Assembly (NCBI GenBank): GCA_021730905.1
Contig: JAKFYK010000036.1
Span: forward strand, 227,734 to 291,733
Length of the DNA stretch: 64,000 bases
Direction of reading: 5' to 3'
From: Betaproteobacteria bacterium
Lineage (GTDB): Bacteria > Pseudomonadota > Gammaproteobacteria > Burkholderiales > SG8-41
Part shown: piece after piece, positions 55,035 to 63,169 of the stretch
How the letters are laid out: every line of letters begins with the position of its first letter
Numbering within the stretch: position 1 is the first letter of the stretch
The notes under the pieces: model-generated
Databases searched by the model: none
Told to the model about the DNA's origin: nothing
The model's input: the letters and a program-made list of their open reading frames with translations, nothing else
Translations under genes and position numbers: made by a program

Positions 55035-55676
55035 ATGAAAACTGAAACGAACAAGCTACTTACACAGGCCGCTCATCAATCGCAAATTGCTGCCCGTTAC
55101 GTCATTGCTGCTTCGATTACGCTGACCGCGCTCACAGTTGCCAGCTGTGCCAGCGTGGGCGCCTTGGAAAACACTGCAATCGTTCCCGCCACGCTCCATC
55201 CAGGTGCAAACGAGTTGTTGACCAACGTCGTTCCTGCGAACGGCGTGCAAATTTACGAATGCCGCGCGCGCAAGGATCAGCCTGATGCGTACGAATGGGC
55301 GTTCGTCGCACCTGAAGCTACTTTGTTCGATGAGCGTGGAAACCGCATTGGTCGCCATTACGGCGGGCCGCATTGGGAATCGAACGATGGCAGCAAGATC
55401 GTGGGTGCGGTCAAGGAACGCGCCGATGCGCCGGCGACCCATGCAATCCCGTGGCTGCTGCTTGCCGCGAAATCCGTTGGTCCACAAGGCTCGTTCAGCA
55501 AAGTAACCAGCATCCAGCGCGTGAATACCGCGGGCGGCACAGCGCCCCAAGATGGCTGTTCGCGGGAGCTCGCAGGCACGACGACACGTGTTGGTTACTC
55601 GGCCGACTACTACTTTTTCAGTGCGAAGCAAACCGGCCAGCGCGCGAGCAATCAGGTAGCGCAGCCGCGCTATTGA
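55035..55676 (+). CDS. DUF3455 domain protein (exported, possible lipoprotein)
   Basis: ORF 54966..55676 trimmed to ATG 55035 (AAGGAAA RBS). ...LTVASC.... IYECRA...YEWAFVAPEATLFDERGNRIGRHYGGPHWESNDGSKIVG...IPWLLL...IQRVNTAGG. Confidence 0.75.
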   Translation: MKTETNKLLTQAAHQSQIAARYVIAASITLTALTVASCASVGALENTAIVPATLHPGANELLTNVVPANGVQIYECRARKDQPDAYEWAFVAPEATLFDERGNRIGRHYGGPHWESNDGSKIVGAVKERADAPATHAIPWLLLAAKSVGPQGSFSKVTSIQRVNTAGGTAPQDGCSRELAGTTTRVGYSADYYFFSAKQTGQRASNQVAQPRY

Positions 55677-55719
55677 TGCCCCAGGCAATCGCAGAGTCCC
55701 AGGCCAAAGGGAAATCAAC

Positions 55720-55935
55720 ATGAAAAACCTCACCTACGAAATCTATCTCGCCCACCCGGAGATCCGGGACCAGATCGAACGGGAGGTGCGCCGCGCGCGC
55801 GCCGAAGCATTCGACCAGTACGTCATAGCACCGCTGATAAATGCATTCCGCAAGTTGTTCAGGTGCGCCGCGCTTCCATTCGCCGGGCCGGATGTCCGGA
55901 ACGGCATTCACTTCAACCCCCAATCAAGGAGTTAA
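55720..55935 (+). CDS. Small hypothetical protein (71 aa)
   Basis: ORF track. AAGGGA RBS. The stop lies 2 nt before the next start. No family recognised. Confidence 0.45.
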   Translation: MKNLTYEIYLAHPEIRDQIEREVRRARAEAFDQYVIAPLINAFRKLFRCAALPFAGPDVRNGIHFNPQSRS

Positions 55936-55937
55936 TC

Positions 55938-56873
55938 ATGCAAACCATGCAACACAATGAAGCACACGATCGGTATGCCAAGTGCATCGAAGTCTCCAAG
56001 CGCATCCGCTGGGAGATCGACCGCGACGTGATCCGCGGGCGCAGCTTCGACGTATCGAAGAAATTCCTGCCTGACGGCCTGTGCAGGATCGGCAAACTAG
56101 ATTTTCTCGGCGCCGCAGAGAAGCGCCTGGTGAGCCAGATACAGGGCCGCACCTACGCCAACATGTTCGGCCTGGTAGAACGTTTCATCGGTGCCAAGAT
56201 GCTCGAGATCAGCCGCGAACACTGGCTCGGCGACCAAACCGCGCTCGAGGCGCTGGTGCGTTTTACCGACGAGGAACTCAAGCACCAGGAGCTGTTCCGC
56301 CGCATCGAGCAAATGGTTGCTCCAGACATGCCCGCAGGCTACAGTTTTATGCCGCAGCCCAACGACGTTGCAACGGCGGTGCTGGGAAAATGCACTTGGG
56401 CTGTCCTCGCGCTGACCTGCCACATCGAACTTTTCACGCAGGCGCATTACCGGCAGAGCATCGAGCCTGACTCCGATCTTTCCGATCTGTGGAAGGATGT
56501 GTTCCTGTTCCACTGGAAGGAGGAGTCGCAGCATGCGATCCTCGACGAGCTGGAATGGAAGCGCGAGGATGCAAAGCTGACACCGCAGCAACGCGACCAG
56601 GCTGTTTCCGACCTCATTGATCTCGTCGCCGCCGTGGACGGCATCCTGCAATTGCAGGCCGCCGCTGACACAGACTATTTCCTGCGCATATGCGGCAGAA
56701 TTTTCCAGAAAGCACAGGTAACCGCGATAGGCGACGCAATGCTCGCTGCGTACCGCTGGCAGTACATCACCTCGGGCGTACAGGACGAGCGCTTCGGCAA
56801 GATCCTGAGCGGCATGATCACTGGCGCGCAGATGGAGCGTATCGGTGCCGCACTTGCGCCTATCGTCAACTGA
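55938..56873 (+). CDS. Ferritin-like di-iron oxygenase (AurF-like)
   Basis: ORF 55863..56873 trimmed to ATG 55938 (AAGGAG RBS). Two ExxH motifs (TDEELKHQE, WKEESQHAILDE) plus upstream Glu residues (LVERF, HIELF). Confidence 0.7.
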   Translation: MQTMQHNEAHDRYAKCIEVSKRIRWEIDRDVIRGRSFDVSKKFLPDGLCRIGKLDFLGAAEKRLVSQIQGRTYANMFGLVERFIGAKMLEISREHWLGDQTALEALVRFTDEELKHQELFRRIEQMVAPDMPAGYSFMPQPNDVATAVLGKCTWAVLALTCHIELFTQAHYRQSIEPDSDLSDLWKDVFLFHWKEESQHAILDELEWKREDAKLTPQQRDQAVSDLIDLVAAVDGILQLQAAADTDYFLRICGRIFQKAQVTAIGDAMLAAYRWQYITSGVQDERFGKILSGMITGAQMERIGAALAPIVN

Positions 56874-56881
56874 AACAAGCG

Positions 56882-56919
56882 GAAAAAGCGAGGGGCCTTA
56901 TGGGTATTTATGGCCTCTC
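56882..56919 (-). terminator. Candidate terminator for the minus-strand protease-like gene
   Basis: The minus strand reads GAGAGGCC-N14-GGCCCCTC followed by GCTTTTTCC. About 130 nt beyond the stop at 57051. Confidence 0.35.
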
Positions 56920-57050
56920 GTCGACATCTATCCGTTCGTCGATGCATGGTGACACGCAACATGGATGAACGAATCAGACCAGGGTAACGCCCTATCGACG
57001 ACTCTGTGTTGCCCTGCCCGCGCGGAAAAGCGGTACAGCGGTTTCGGACC

Positions 57051-58025
57051 TCAATGCATATTCGGCTTTTTGAGAAAGTCATCGCGGTCGGCCGACTTGA
57101 CTGTGACACTAAACACCTCGCCCGCGCGTGCGAGGGTGAGCGGCACCTCAACGCCAGCCGGGCCGAGGTGCCGCACGACCCGGAACAATTCCGCCAGCCC
57201 ATGCACACGCCGGGTGCCAACAGCCATTACCATGTCGCCCGCCTGAATACCGGCGCGCTCGGCCGGGCCGCCAGCGGCGGCTCTTCCCACGACCAGATTG
57301 CCTTCCGCTTCCAGTGTGCGCATACCCAGCCATGGACTCGGCGGATGCGGACTACGGCCGGTTTGTAACATCCCGTCGAGGATGGGACTGAGCAGGTCGA
57401 TCGGCACGAACATGTTGACGTGGACGGATTTGCCGTTTACCTCTTGCTCCACCAACAGCGAACCGATGCCGACGAGTTCACCTCCCGCATCGAGCAGCGC
57501 GGCGCCGCCCCATTGTGGATGCGCCGGCACGGTGAAAAGCGCTTCTTCGAGCAGGTATTCCCAGGGGCCGGCAAACTCGCTTTTCGCGACGACTTGCGTC
57601 TTGAGCGCATGCGCGCGGCCGCCGTGGCCGATCACAAATGAGGAATCACCGACGTTCACATCCGATGCGAGACCGCGCCGCAGAGAGGGCGCATCCAGTT
57701 TTCCGAGCGGCTGGATCAGGGCAAAGCCGGTGGTTCGGTCATAGGCAAGCGGATAGCCGCCCACCACGGCTCCGCGATTGGTAGTAAGCCAGATTTGCGT
57801 CGCTTCGGTAATCAAATAGCCGATGGTGAGCACGAGGCCGTCCTCGCGGATCACCGCACCGTAGCCCCCGCGCTCGGTGCCGAGGTTGGATGCGGTGTAT
57901 CCATCCTCCGGCACTTCCGCACGGATCAATACCATCGCGTCGAGCGCGCGCTCGAGGTCAAACTGGGTTTCACCGGCCTTCGGTTGCAGCGACTCCCGGA
58001 AGGCCCATTGTTGGGGTTCGGACAT
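57051..58025 (-). CDS. HtrA/S1C-like trypsin-fold + PDZ protein lacking recognisable catalytic His/Asp/Ser
   Basis: ORF 57051..58496 trimmed to ATG 58025; the longer version overlaps the selW-like gene antisense. The expected TNxHV, DxAxL and GNSGG regions read TIGYLI, TGFALI and QWGGAA. PDZ-like tail ...PAERAGIQAGDMVMAVG.... Confidence 0.7.
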   Translation of the reverse strand: MSEPQQWAFRESLQPKAGETQFDLERALDAMVLIRAEVPEDGYTASNLGTERGGYGAVIREDGLVLTIGYLITEATQIWLTTNRGAVVGGYPLAYDRTTGFALIQPLGKLDAPSLRRGLASDVNVGDSSFVIGHGGRAHALKTQVVAKSEFAGPWEYLLEEALFTVPAHPQWGGAALLDAGGELVGIGSLLVEQEVNGKSVHVNMFVPIDLLSPILDGMLQTGRSPHPPSPWLGMRTLEAEGNLVVGRAAAGGPAERAGIQAGDMVMAVGTRRVHGLAELFRVVRHLGPAGVEVPLTLARAGEVFSVTVKSADRDDFLKKPNMH

Positions 58026-58115
58026 GCGGCAATTCTGACACGATACCCAGCCGGCAAGGAAATCCGGGGTTGTCGAGGTATCCGCTATCATTGTGATTCT
58101 TATAGGAGCCTTGCC

Positions 58116-58346
58116 ATGCGCATCTCCATCAAGTACTGCGTGAGCTGAAATTACCTGCCCCGGGCCGCCAGTCTGGCGGCCGAGATCTCCGCGCAGTTCA
58201 GCGTACAGGCCGAACTCATCAAGGGTAGCGGCGGTGTGTTCGACGTCACCGCGGACAGCGCATTGATCTACTCCAAGCACCACACAGGGCGCTTTCCGGA
58301 CAACGCCGAGGTGCTGCAGACCTTGCGCAGTCTGCCGAAGCGTTGA
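58116..58346 (+). CDS. SelW/Rdx-family selenoprotein (CxxU; Sec at codon 11, TGA 58146-58148)
   Basis: TAGGAG RBS. Reads MRISIKYCVS-U-NYLPRAASLAAEISAQFSVQAELIKGSGGVFDVTADSALIYSKHHTGRFPDNAEVLQTLRSLPKR*. The frame stays open 65 codons past the TGA. The YCxxU...GGxFxV...GRFP pattern is typical of bacterial SelW-like proteins. Confidence 0.75.
58163..58181 (+). other. SECIS-like hairpin
   Basis: GGCCGCCA-GUC-UGGCGGCC is a perfect 8-bp stem starting 15 nt after the UGA. The GU in the apical loop is about 23-24 nt downstream. Confidence 0.55.
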
Positions 58347-58586
58347 ATCGGTCGGCTGGGGTTTGATGAGCGCTATCCAGGCAGTGGAGCCGCAGACCAG
58401 ACTGTAGACGCGCAGCGCTATCCTTGCGCCAGGGTTCGCGTGATCGCCGTGATTGGCTTCGCGTTTTTCCATGCTGCCACGGACACCTGTCGGCAACGAG
58501 CAGGATGCCGAGTCCGGGTTTGTAGATTAATATCTGTGGTTCCCGACCTTAGTCCACCTAGAAGACTCGCCACTGGAGGAAACCTG

Positions 58587-59825
58587 ATGAATGCTCAATC
58601 CGTGCCTGCGCCCGCGGGTAAACCTGCGCTCGCCGGCATCCGTGTTGTCGATCTCACCCAATTCGAAGCCGGCACCTCGATTACGGAGACGCTGGCCTGG
58701 CTCGGCGCCGATGTGATCAAGGTCGAGAACCCTGTCGGCGGCGAGCAAGGCCGCAACGCGTCCTCGGATCGCAAGGACGCCGACAGCTACTACTTCATGC
58801 TGCTGAACGCCAACAAGCGCTCGGTGACGCTCAACCTCAAGGACGAGCGCGGCAAGAAGATGCTGCGCGACATGATCGCCAAGGCCGACATCTTCGCGGA
58901 GAACTTCGCGCCGGGCGTTATCGAGAAGCTCGGCTTCTCCTACGAGGAGGTGGCGAAGATCAACCCGCGCATCATTTATGCGACAGTAAAAGGGTTTGGC
59001 AAGGGCGGCCCCTTCGAATCGAATCTCGCCTTCGACATGATCGCCCAGGCGGCCGGCGGTGTGATGAGCATCACCGGCGAACCCAACGGACCGCCGATCA
59101 AGCCCGGCGTCACCCTCGGCGACACCGGCACCGGCCTGCACGCCTGCATCGGTGTGCTTGCCGCGCTGTTCCAGCGCACCATCACCGGTCGCGGCCAGAA
59201 AGTGGAGGTCGCCATGCAGGACGCGATGGTGAACTACTGCCGCATCGCCTATTCACACCAACTCGCCACCAACAAGGCCTGCGAACGCAAGGGCAACCGC
59301 GTGGTGCTTGGCAACGCGCCGTGCGACGTTTTCAAATGTAAGCCGGGCGGCCACAACGACTATGTCTACATTTACACCAGCCGCGCTACCAATTCGCACT
59401 GGGAGCGGCTGTGCGAAGTGATTGGACGTGAGGACCTCAAGGCCGACAAACGCCTCGCGACGCCGCCGATGAGGGCGAACCACGTCGACGAGATCAACGG
59501 CTGCATCGAGGCCTGGACCCAGCAGTTCACCAAGCACGAGGCGATGGAAAAGCTCGGCAAGGCCGGTGTGCCGTGCGGGGCCGTGCTCGATACGATGGAG
59601 CTATCCGAGGATCCGTCGATGCGCAAACGCGAGATATTCGCTGAGATCGACCATCCCGTCCGCGGCAAGGTTGTCATCCCCGGCTGGCCGGTGAAGATGT
59701 CGGACAGCTACGTCAAGGTGACGTCGTCGCCCATCCTTGGCGCGGACAACGCAGATGTCTACCGCGACATGCTCGGACTCTCTGAGGCCGACATCGCGGC
59801 CTTGAAAGCAGACAGAGTAGTCTAG
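58587..59825 (+). CDS. Class III (CaiB/BaiF) CoA-transferase, formyl-CoA transferase-like
   Basis: ORF 58440..59825 trimmed to ATG 58587 (TGGAGGA RBS). GIRVVDLTQFEAGTS...GADVIKVE...ENFAPG...GDTGTGLH. Confidence 0.85.
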   Translation: MNAQSVPAPAGKPALAGIRVVDLTQFEAGTSITETLAWLGADVIKVENPVGGEQGRNASSDRKDADSYYFMLLNANKRSVTLNLKDERGKKMLRDMIAKADIFAENFAPGVIEKLGFSYEEVAKINPRIIYATVKGFGKGGPFESNLAFDMIAQAAGGVMSITGEPNGPPIKPGVTLGDTGTGLHACIGVLAALFQRTITGRGQKVEVAMQDAMVNYCRIAYSHQLATNKACERKGNRVVLGNAPCDVFKCKPGGHNDYVYIYTSRATNSHWERLCEVIGREDLKADKRLATPPMRANHVDEINGCIEAWTQQFTKHEAMEKLGKAGVPCGAVLDTMELSEDPSMRKREIFAEIDHPVRGKVVIPGWPVKMSDSYVKVTSSPILGADNADVYRDMLGLSEADIAALKADRVV

Positions 59826-59929
59826 CCCAGTAGCTCTTACTAACCCCTGCCGCCAAAGAGGGTTGGGCCGCGAACGCGCGACGTAGCTGTACGAAACGAC
59901 TATGCGCTAGTACCCTGGGAGTCACGAAA

Positions 59930-60415
59930 ATGACCAAACGCATCAATGTCGAGACGCTGCCGGCGATCTCAGGAACACTATATCCAGCACCCTTCGACGA
60001 GCCATGCCGGGCGCGGGAGCGAACCCGGCTCGCTGACGCCGCAGGCCTCACGCAATACGGGGTCAACCTGGTGCGCCTCAAGCCCGGAGCGTGGTCGAGC
60101 CAGCGCCACTGGCACATCGAGCAGGACGAATTCATCTATATCCTGTCTGGCGAACTCACGCTGGTGACGGACGTTGGGGCCGAAACCCTGCGCGCTGGCG
60201 ATTGCGCCGGGTTCAAGGCCGGCGACGGCGATGGCCATCACCTGCAGAACCGCTCGAACGCCGATGCCACGTTCCTCGAGATGGGCACGCGGCTGTCGGG
60301 CGACGGCGCTTATTATTCTGACATCGACATGATCGCGCCACCCGGCGGCAAGCCCGCACAATACTGCCACCGTGACGGCACGCCTTATCCGAAACAGAAA
60401 CGGCGCGGGCCTTAA
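59930..60415 (+). CDS. Cupin domain protein
   Basis: ...SQRHWHIEQDEFIYILSGELTLV...GDCAGFKAGDGDGHHLQN. Confidence 0.7.
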   Translation: MTKRINVETLPAISGTLYPAPFDEPCRARERTRLADAAGLTQYGVNLVRLKPGAWSSQRHWHIEQDEFIYILSGELTLVTDVGAETLRAGDCAGFKAGDGDGHHLQNRSNADATFLEMGTRLSGDGAYYSDIDMIAPPGGKPAQYCHRDGTPYPKQKRRGP

Positions 60416-60431
60416 GGCTACGGATCGGAAG

Positions 60432-60657
60432 CTATCCAACAAACCGCTCCAGCCGACGCGCTAAAGCACGCGGCGCTCTGAGCATAAACAGCGCGCCCAG
60501 CGCCAGCAGCGAAAACCCGCCTGAAACCACCAGCGCTGCTGTACCGCCCCGCACCGTCGAGCACCAGTCCGAACACATAAGGCGCGAGCGCCTGCATGGT
60601 ACGTGCCGCCCGAGGTCTACACCCGCTGAATCGCGAATTCTGACCTTTTCTTTGCAC
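60432..60657 (-). pseudogene. 3' fragment of an MFS-type transporter gene with a frameshift
   Basis: Two overlapping minus-strand ORFs together read ...RAARTMQALAPYVFGLVLDGAG / GTAALVVSGGFSLLALGALFMLRAPRALARRLERFVG*. The remaining upstream TM segments are absent. Confidence 0.5.
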
Positions 60658-60755
60658 CTATGTGTCCCAACGCACGGATGCCGCGAGATGGACGGCACAT
60701 CCCGTCAGCGCGCTTAGCCACGAAGCGAGCATCGTGGTTCATTCAGGAAATCACG

Positions 60756-60926
60756 ATGACTTATGAAAAAACCATTGGACCGCCGCCATCAAGCGGCATA
60801 GCAAGGCTAGGTCGCTTTGCACTATTCTTTGCGAGCGCCGGTTTCGCCTATCCCAACGTGTTTAGCGAAAATATTGATTTCGCCAAGCTCGCTGCCAAGC
60901 ACAAAATCAACGCCGCAAAGCCGTAG
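60756..60926 (+). CDS. Small hypothetical ORF (56 aa), doubtful
   Basis: ORF 60660..60926 trimmed to ATG 60756 (AGGAA RBS). One hydrophobic stretch. Lower GC. No homolog recognised. Confidence 0.3.
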   Translation: MTYEKTIGPPPSSGIARLGRFALFFASAGFAYPNVFSENIDFAKLAAKHKINAAKP

Positions 60927-60960
60927 TTGAACCGCTGAATCGCGTCCCACGCGGTTCGCC

Positions 60961-61005
60961 TTGAAACGGGTAATGCGTTTCTGCGCAGATTGTTAACCGC
61001 ATTAC
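60961..61005 (-). terminator. Candidate terminator / structured element after the TctC triple array
   Basis: GTAATGCG...CGCATTAC is an 8-bp stem (60970-60977 / 60998-61005) enclosing the 10-bp palindrome TCTGCGCAGA. GUUUC follows on the minus strand. Confidence 0.3.
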
Positions 61006-61040
61006 GTTATCACCGTCGTGCGGTGCAATCAGCCGCGGCA

Positions 61041-62027
61041 TCAGTCGAGAGCACCGGACTCGCGCAACTGGGAAATGATCTTCCGCCACTTTGTGGCCTC
61101 CGTCCGCTGAAACTCGGCGAGCGCCTTCGGTCCGTCGACCGCGAGCAACTGGCCTTCCTGGTCAAGAATCGCCGTCGTGCCCGGCTTATTCACCGCCACG
61201 CGTACTTCCTTGTAGAACTTTTCCCTGACGGCTCCCGGCGTGTTCCTGGGCGTGAAGATTCCGAACCACTGATGAGACTCGAATCCCTGCACGCCCGACT
61301 CCGCGACAGTCGGAACGTCGGGATACACGCTCGTGCGCTTTGCGCTGGTGACGGCTATCGCCCGCAGGCGCGCGGCCTTGATGTGAGGCGCAACCGGGAT
61401 AACGGTGGTAATGACGAGCTGCACGCGGCCGGCTATCGTGTCTATCACCGCCGGCGGCCCCCCTTTGTAGGGAACGTGCATCAGGCTGATGCCGGCGGCG
61501 CGGTTCAGCATCTCGATCGTGAGATGGTGGATTCCACCGGCGCCGGGAGTGCCATAGAGCAGGTCTTTGGGCTTTGCCTTGGAGAGGCTGATCAGCTCCT
61601 GCACCGTTTTGACGGGCAGCGAAGGATTGCTCGCCAGCACGAGCGGCGCGAGCGAGACGAGCGTCACGGGCGTAAAATCCGCGACCGGGTCGTAGGGAGG
61701 CGTTTTCGTGAGGAATGGAACGATCACGAGGCTGCCGCCACCGACGATGAGCACGGTGTAGCCGTCGGCAGCAGCGGCGGCGGTGATCTGCGCCCCCAGC
61801 AGTCCGGCCCCGCCGCCGCGATTGTCGAGGATGAGGGACTGCCCCATAGACTCTGACATGCCTGGGCCAATGAGGCGCGCTATGATGTCGGGCGCCGTGC
61901 CCGGCAACCCCCCGATAATGAGCCTGACCGGCTTGGTAGGATAAGCCTGACCCCACGCAGAGCCGCCCGCAACAAGCACGATCGATACGATGAAAAGTAC
62001 AGCCACTTGAGACAATTTCGTTTTCAT
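61041..62027 (-). CDS. Bug/TctC-family substrate-binding protein
   Basis: ORF 61041..62072 trimmed to ATG 62027 (GGGAGGAG RBS). ...GSAWGQ, then AYPTKPVRLIIGGLPGTAPD. Confidence 0.9.
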   Translation of the reverse strand: MKTKLSQVAVLFIVSIVLVAGGSAWGQAYPTKPVRLIIGGLPGTAPDIIARLIGPGMSESMGQSLILDNRGGGAGLLGAQITAAAAADGYTVLIVGGGSLVIVPFLTKTPPYDPVADFTPVTLVSLAPLVLASNPSLPVKTVQELISLSKAKPKDLLYGTPGAGGIHHLTIEMLNRAAGISLMHVPYKGGPPAVIDTIAGRVQLVITTVIPVAPHIKAARLRAIAVTSAKRTSVYPDVPTVAESGVQGFESHQWFGIFTPRNTPGAVREKFYKEVRVAVNKPGTTAILDQEGQLLAVDGPKALAEFQRTEATKWRKIISQLRESGALD

Positions 62028-62154
62028 ACGCAGCTCCTCCCTGTGATTCATCCTGCGTTCAACAATCCGCATCCTTCACTGAAAGCACTCACTGTCGTTC
62101 GAACACATTGATCGCCCACCCCCGGTGTGGCGGTAATCTTCACCAGAACGGCCG

Positions 62155-63135
62155 TCACTGCGGTTTGATGCCGGCGTCCTTTACCACCTTGGCATACTTG
62201 TCCCGCTCAGCGCGGATGAACACAGCGAACTTCTCGGCCGTCAGTTCGTTGGGCTGCATACCCTGAACCGCCAGTTGCTTTTTCATCTCCGGCAAAGCGA
62301 GCACCTTGCCAAGTGCGCCGCGAATGCGCTCAAGCTCCGCTTGCGGCACGCCCGCTGGCGTGCACAAGCCCTGCCACGAAACGACCTCGAAGCCCGGCAT
62401 GCCGGACTCGGCAAAGGTCGGTACGTCGGGCAGATCGGGGTGGCGCGTCGTCGACGTCACAGCGAGCATGTGTATCTTGCCGGCGCGAGCCGCCCCGAGG
62501 AACGACGGCACGGTGGAAGCCATCGCCTCAACGTGGCCTCCCATCAGCTCCACCAGTGCCGGCCCGGCGCCCTTGTACGGTACGTGGATGAGTCGGATGC
62601 CGGTGGCTGTCCTGAGCATCTCCATCGAGAGTTGCGGCGAAGTTCCCACACCGGGCGATGCGTAGTTGATCTTGCCCGGGCTCGCTTTCGCCAGAGCAAT
62701 GAATTGTGCGATCGTCTTCGCCGGCACCGCGGGGTTGACGACGAGGGCGTTGGCCGTGCTGCCAATCAGGCCGATCGGCGCAAAACCGGCCACAGGATCG
62801 TAGCCGAGCTTCTTGTAGAGCGCCGGGCTTACCGCAAGCGATCCGATATTGCAGGCGAAGAGGGTGTAGCCGTCCGGTGTCGTGTGGGCCGCGATCTCGG
62901 CGCCGAGGGTTCCGCCCGCCCCTCCGCGATTGTCGATGACGACCTGCTGGCCGAACAATTCGGCCAGCCCGGCGGCCACGATGCGCGCGACGATGTCGGT
63001 CGAGCCGCCCGGCGGGAAGGGCACGATGTAGCGCAGCGGCCGGTCCGGAAACCCCTGTCCCGTACGCTGCGCCAGCGCGGCGCACGGGATAACCAGCAAT
63101 AGGACAGCGACGAAAACACGAGTGCTGCGGTTCAT
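62155..63135 (-). CDS. Bug/TctC-family substrate-binding protein
   Basis: AAGGAGGAG RBS. ...CAALAQ, then ...FPDRPLRYIVPFPPGGSTD. Confidence 0.9.
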   Translation of the reverse strand: MNRSTRVFVAVLLLVIPCAALAQRTGQGFPDRPLRYIVPFPPGGSTDIVARIVAAGLAELFGQQVVIDNRGGAGGTLGAEIAAHTTPDGYTLFACNIGSLAVSPALYKKLGYDPVAGFAPIGLIGSTANALVVNPAVPAKTIAQFIALAKASPGKINYASPGVGTSPQLSMEMLRTATGIRLIHVPYKGAGPALVELMGGHVEAMASTVPSFLGAARAGKIHMLAVTSTTRHPDLPDVPTFAESGMPGFEVVSWQGLCTPAGVPQAELERIRGALGKVLALPEMKKQLAVQGMQPNELTAEKFAVFIRAERDKYAKVVKDAGIKPQ

Positions 63136-63169
63136 GGGCTCCTCCTTAATAGGTTTGTTCCGCTGCGAC

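Noticed and set aside
57051-58496. The full 481-aa version of the minus-strand protease-like ORF.
   Set aside because: The first 157 codons have no protease-like features and run antisense across the SelW-like gene and its RBS. The internal ATG 58025 gives a coherent trypsin-fold + PDZ protein. ATG 58091 remains an alternative.
60623-60944. A 13-bp direct repeat CCGCTGAATCGCG (60623-60635 and 60932-60944) flanking the small low-GC ORF; a possible insertion footprint.
   Set aside because: A single 13-mer pair within ~300 bp is only marginally unexpected in 64 kb of biased composition. There are no inverted ends or other mobile-element hallmarks.
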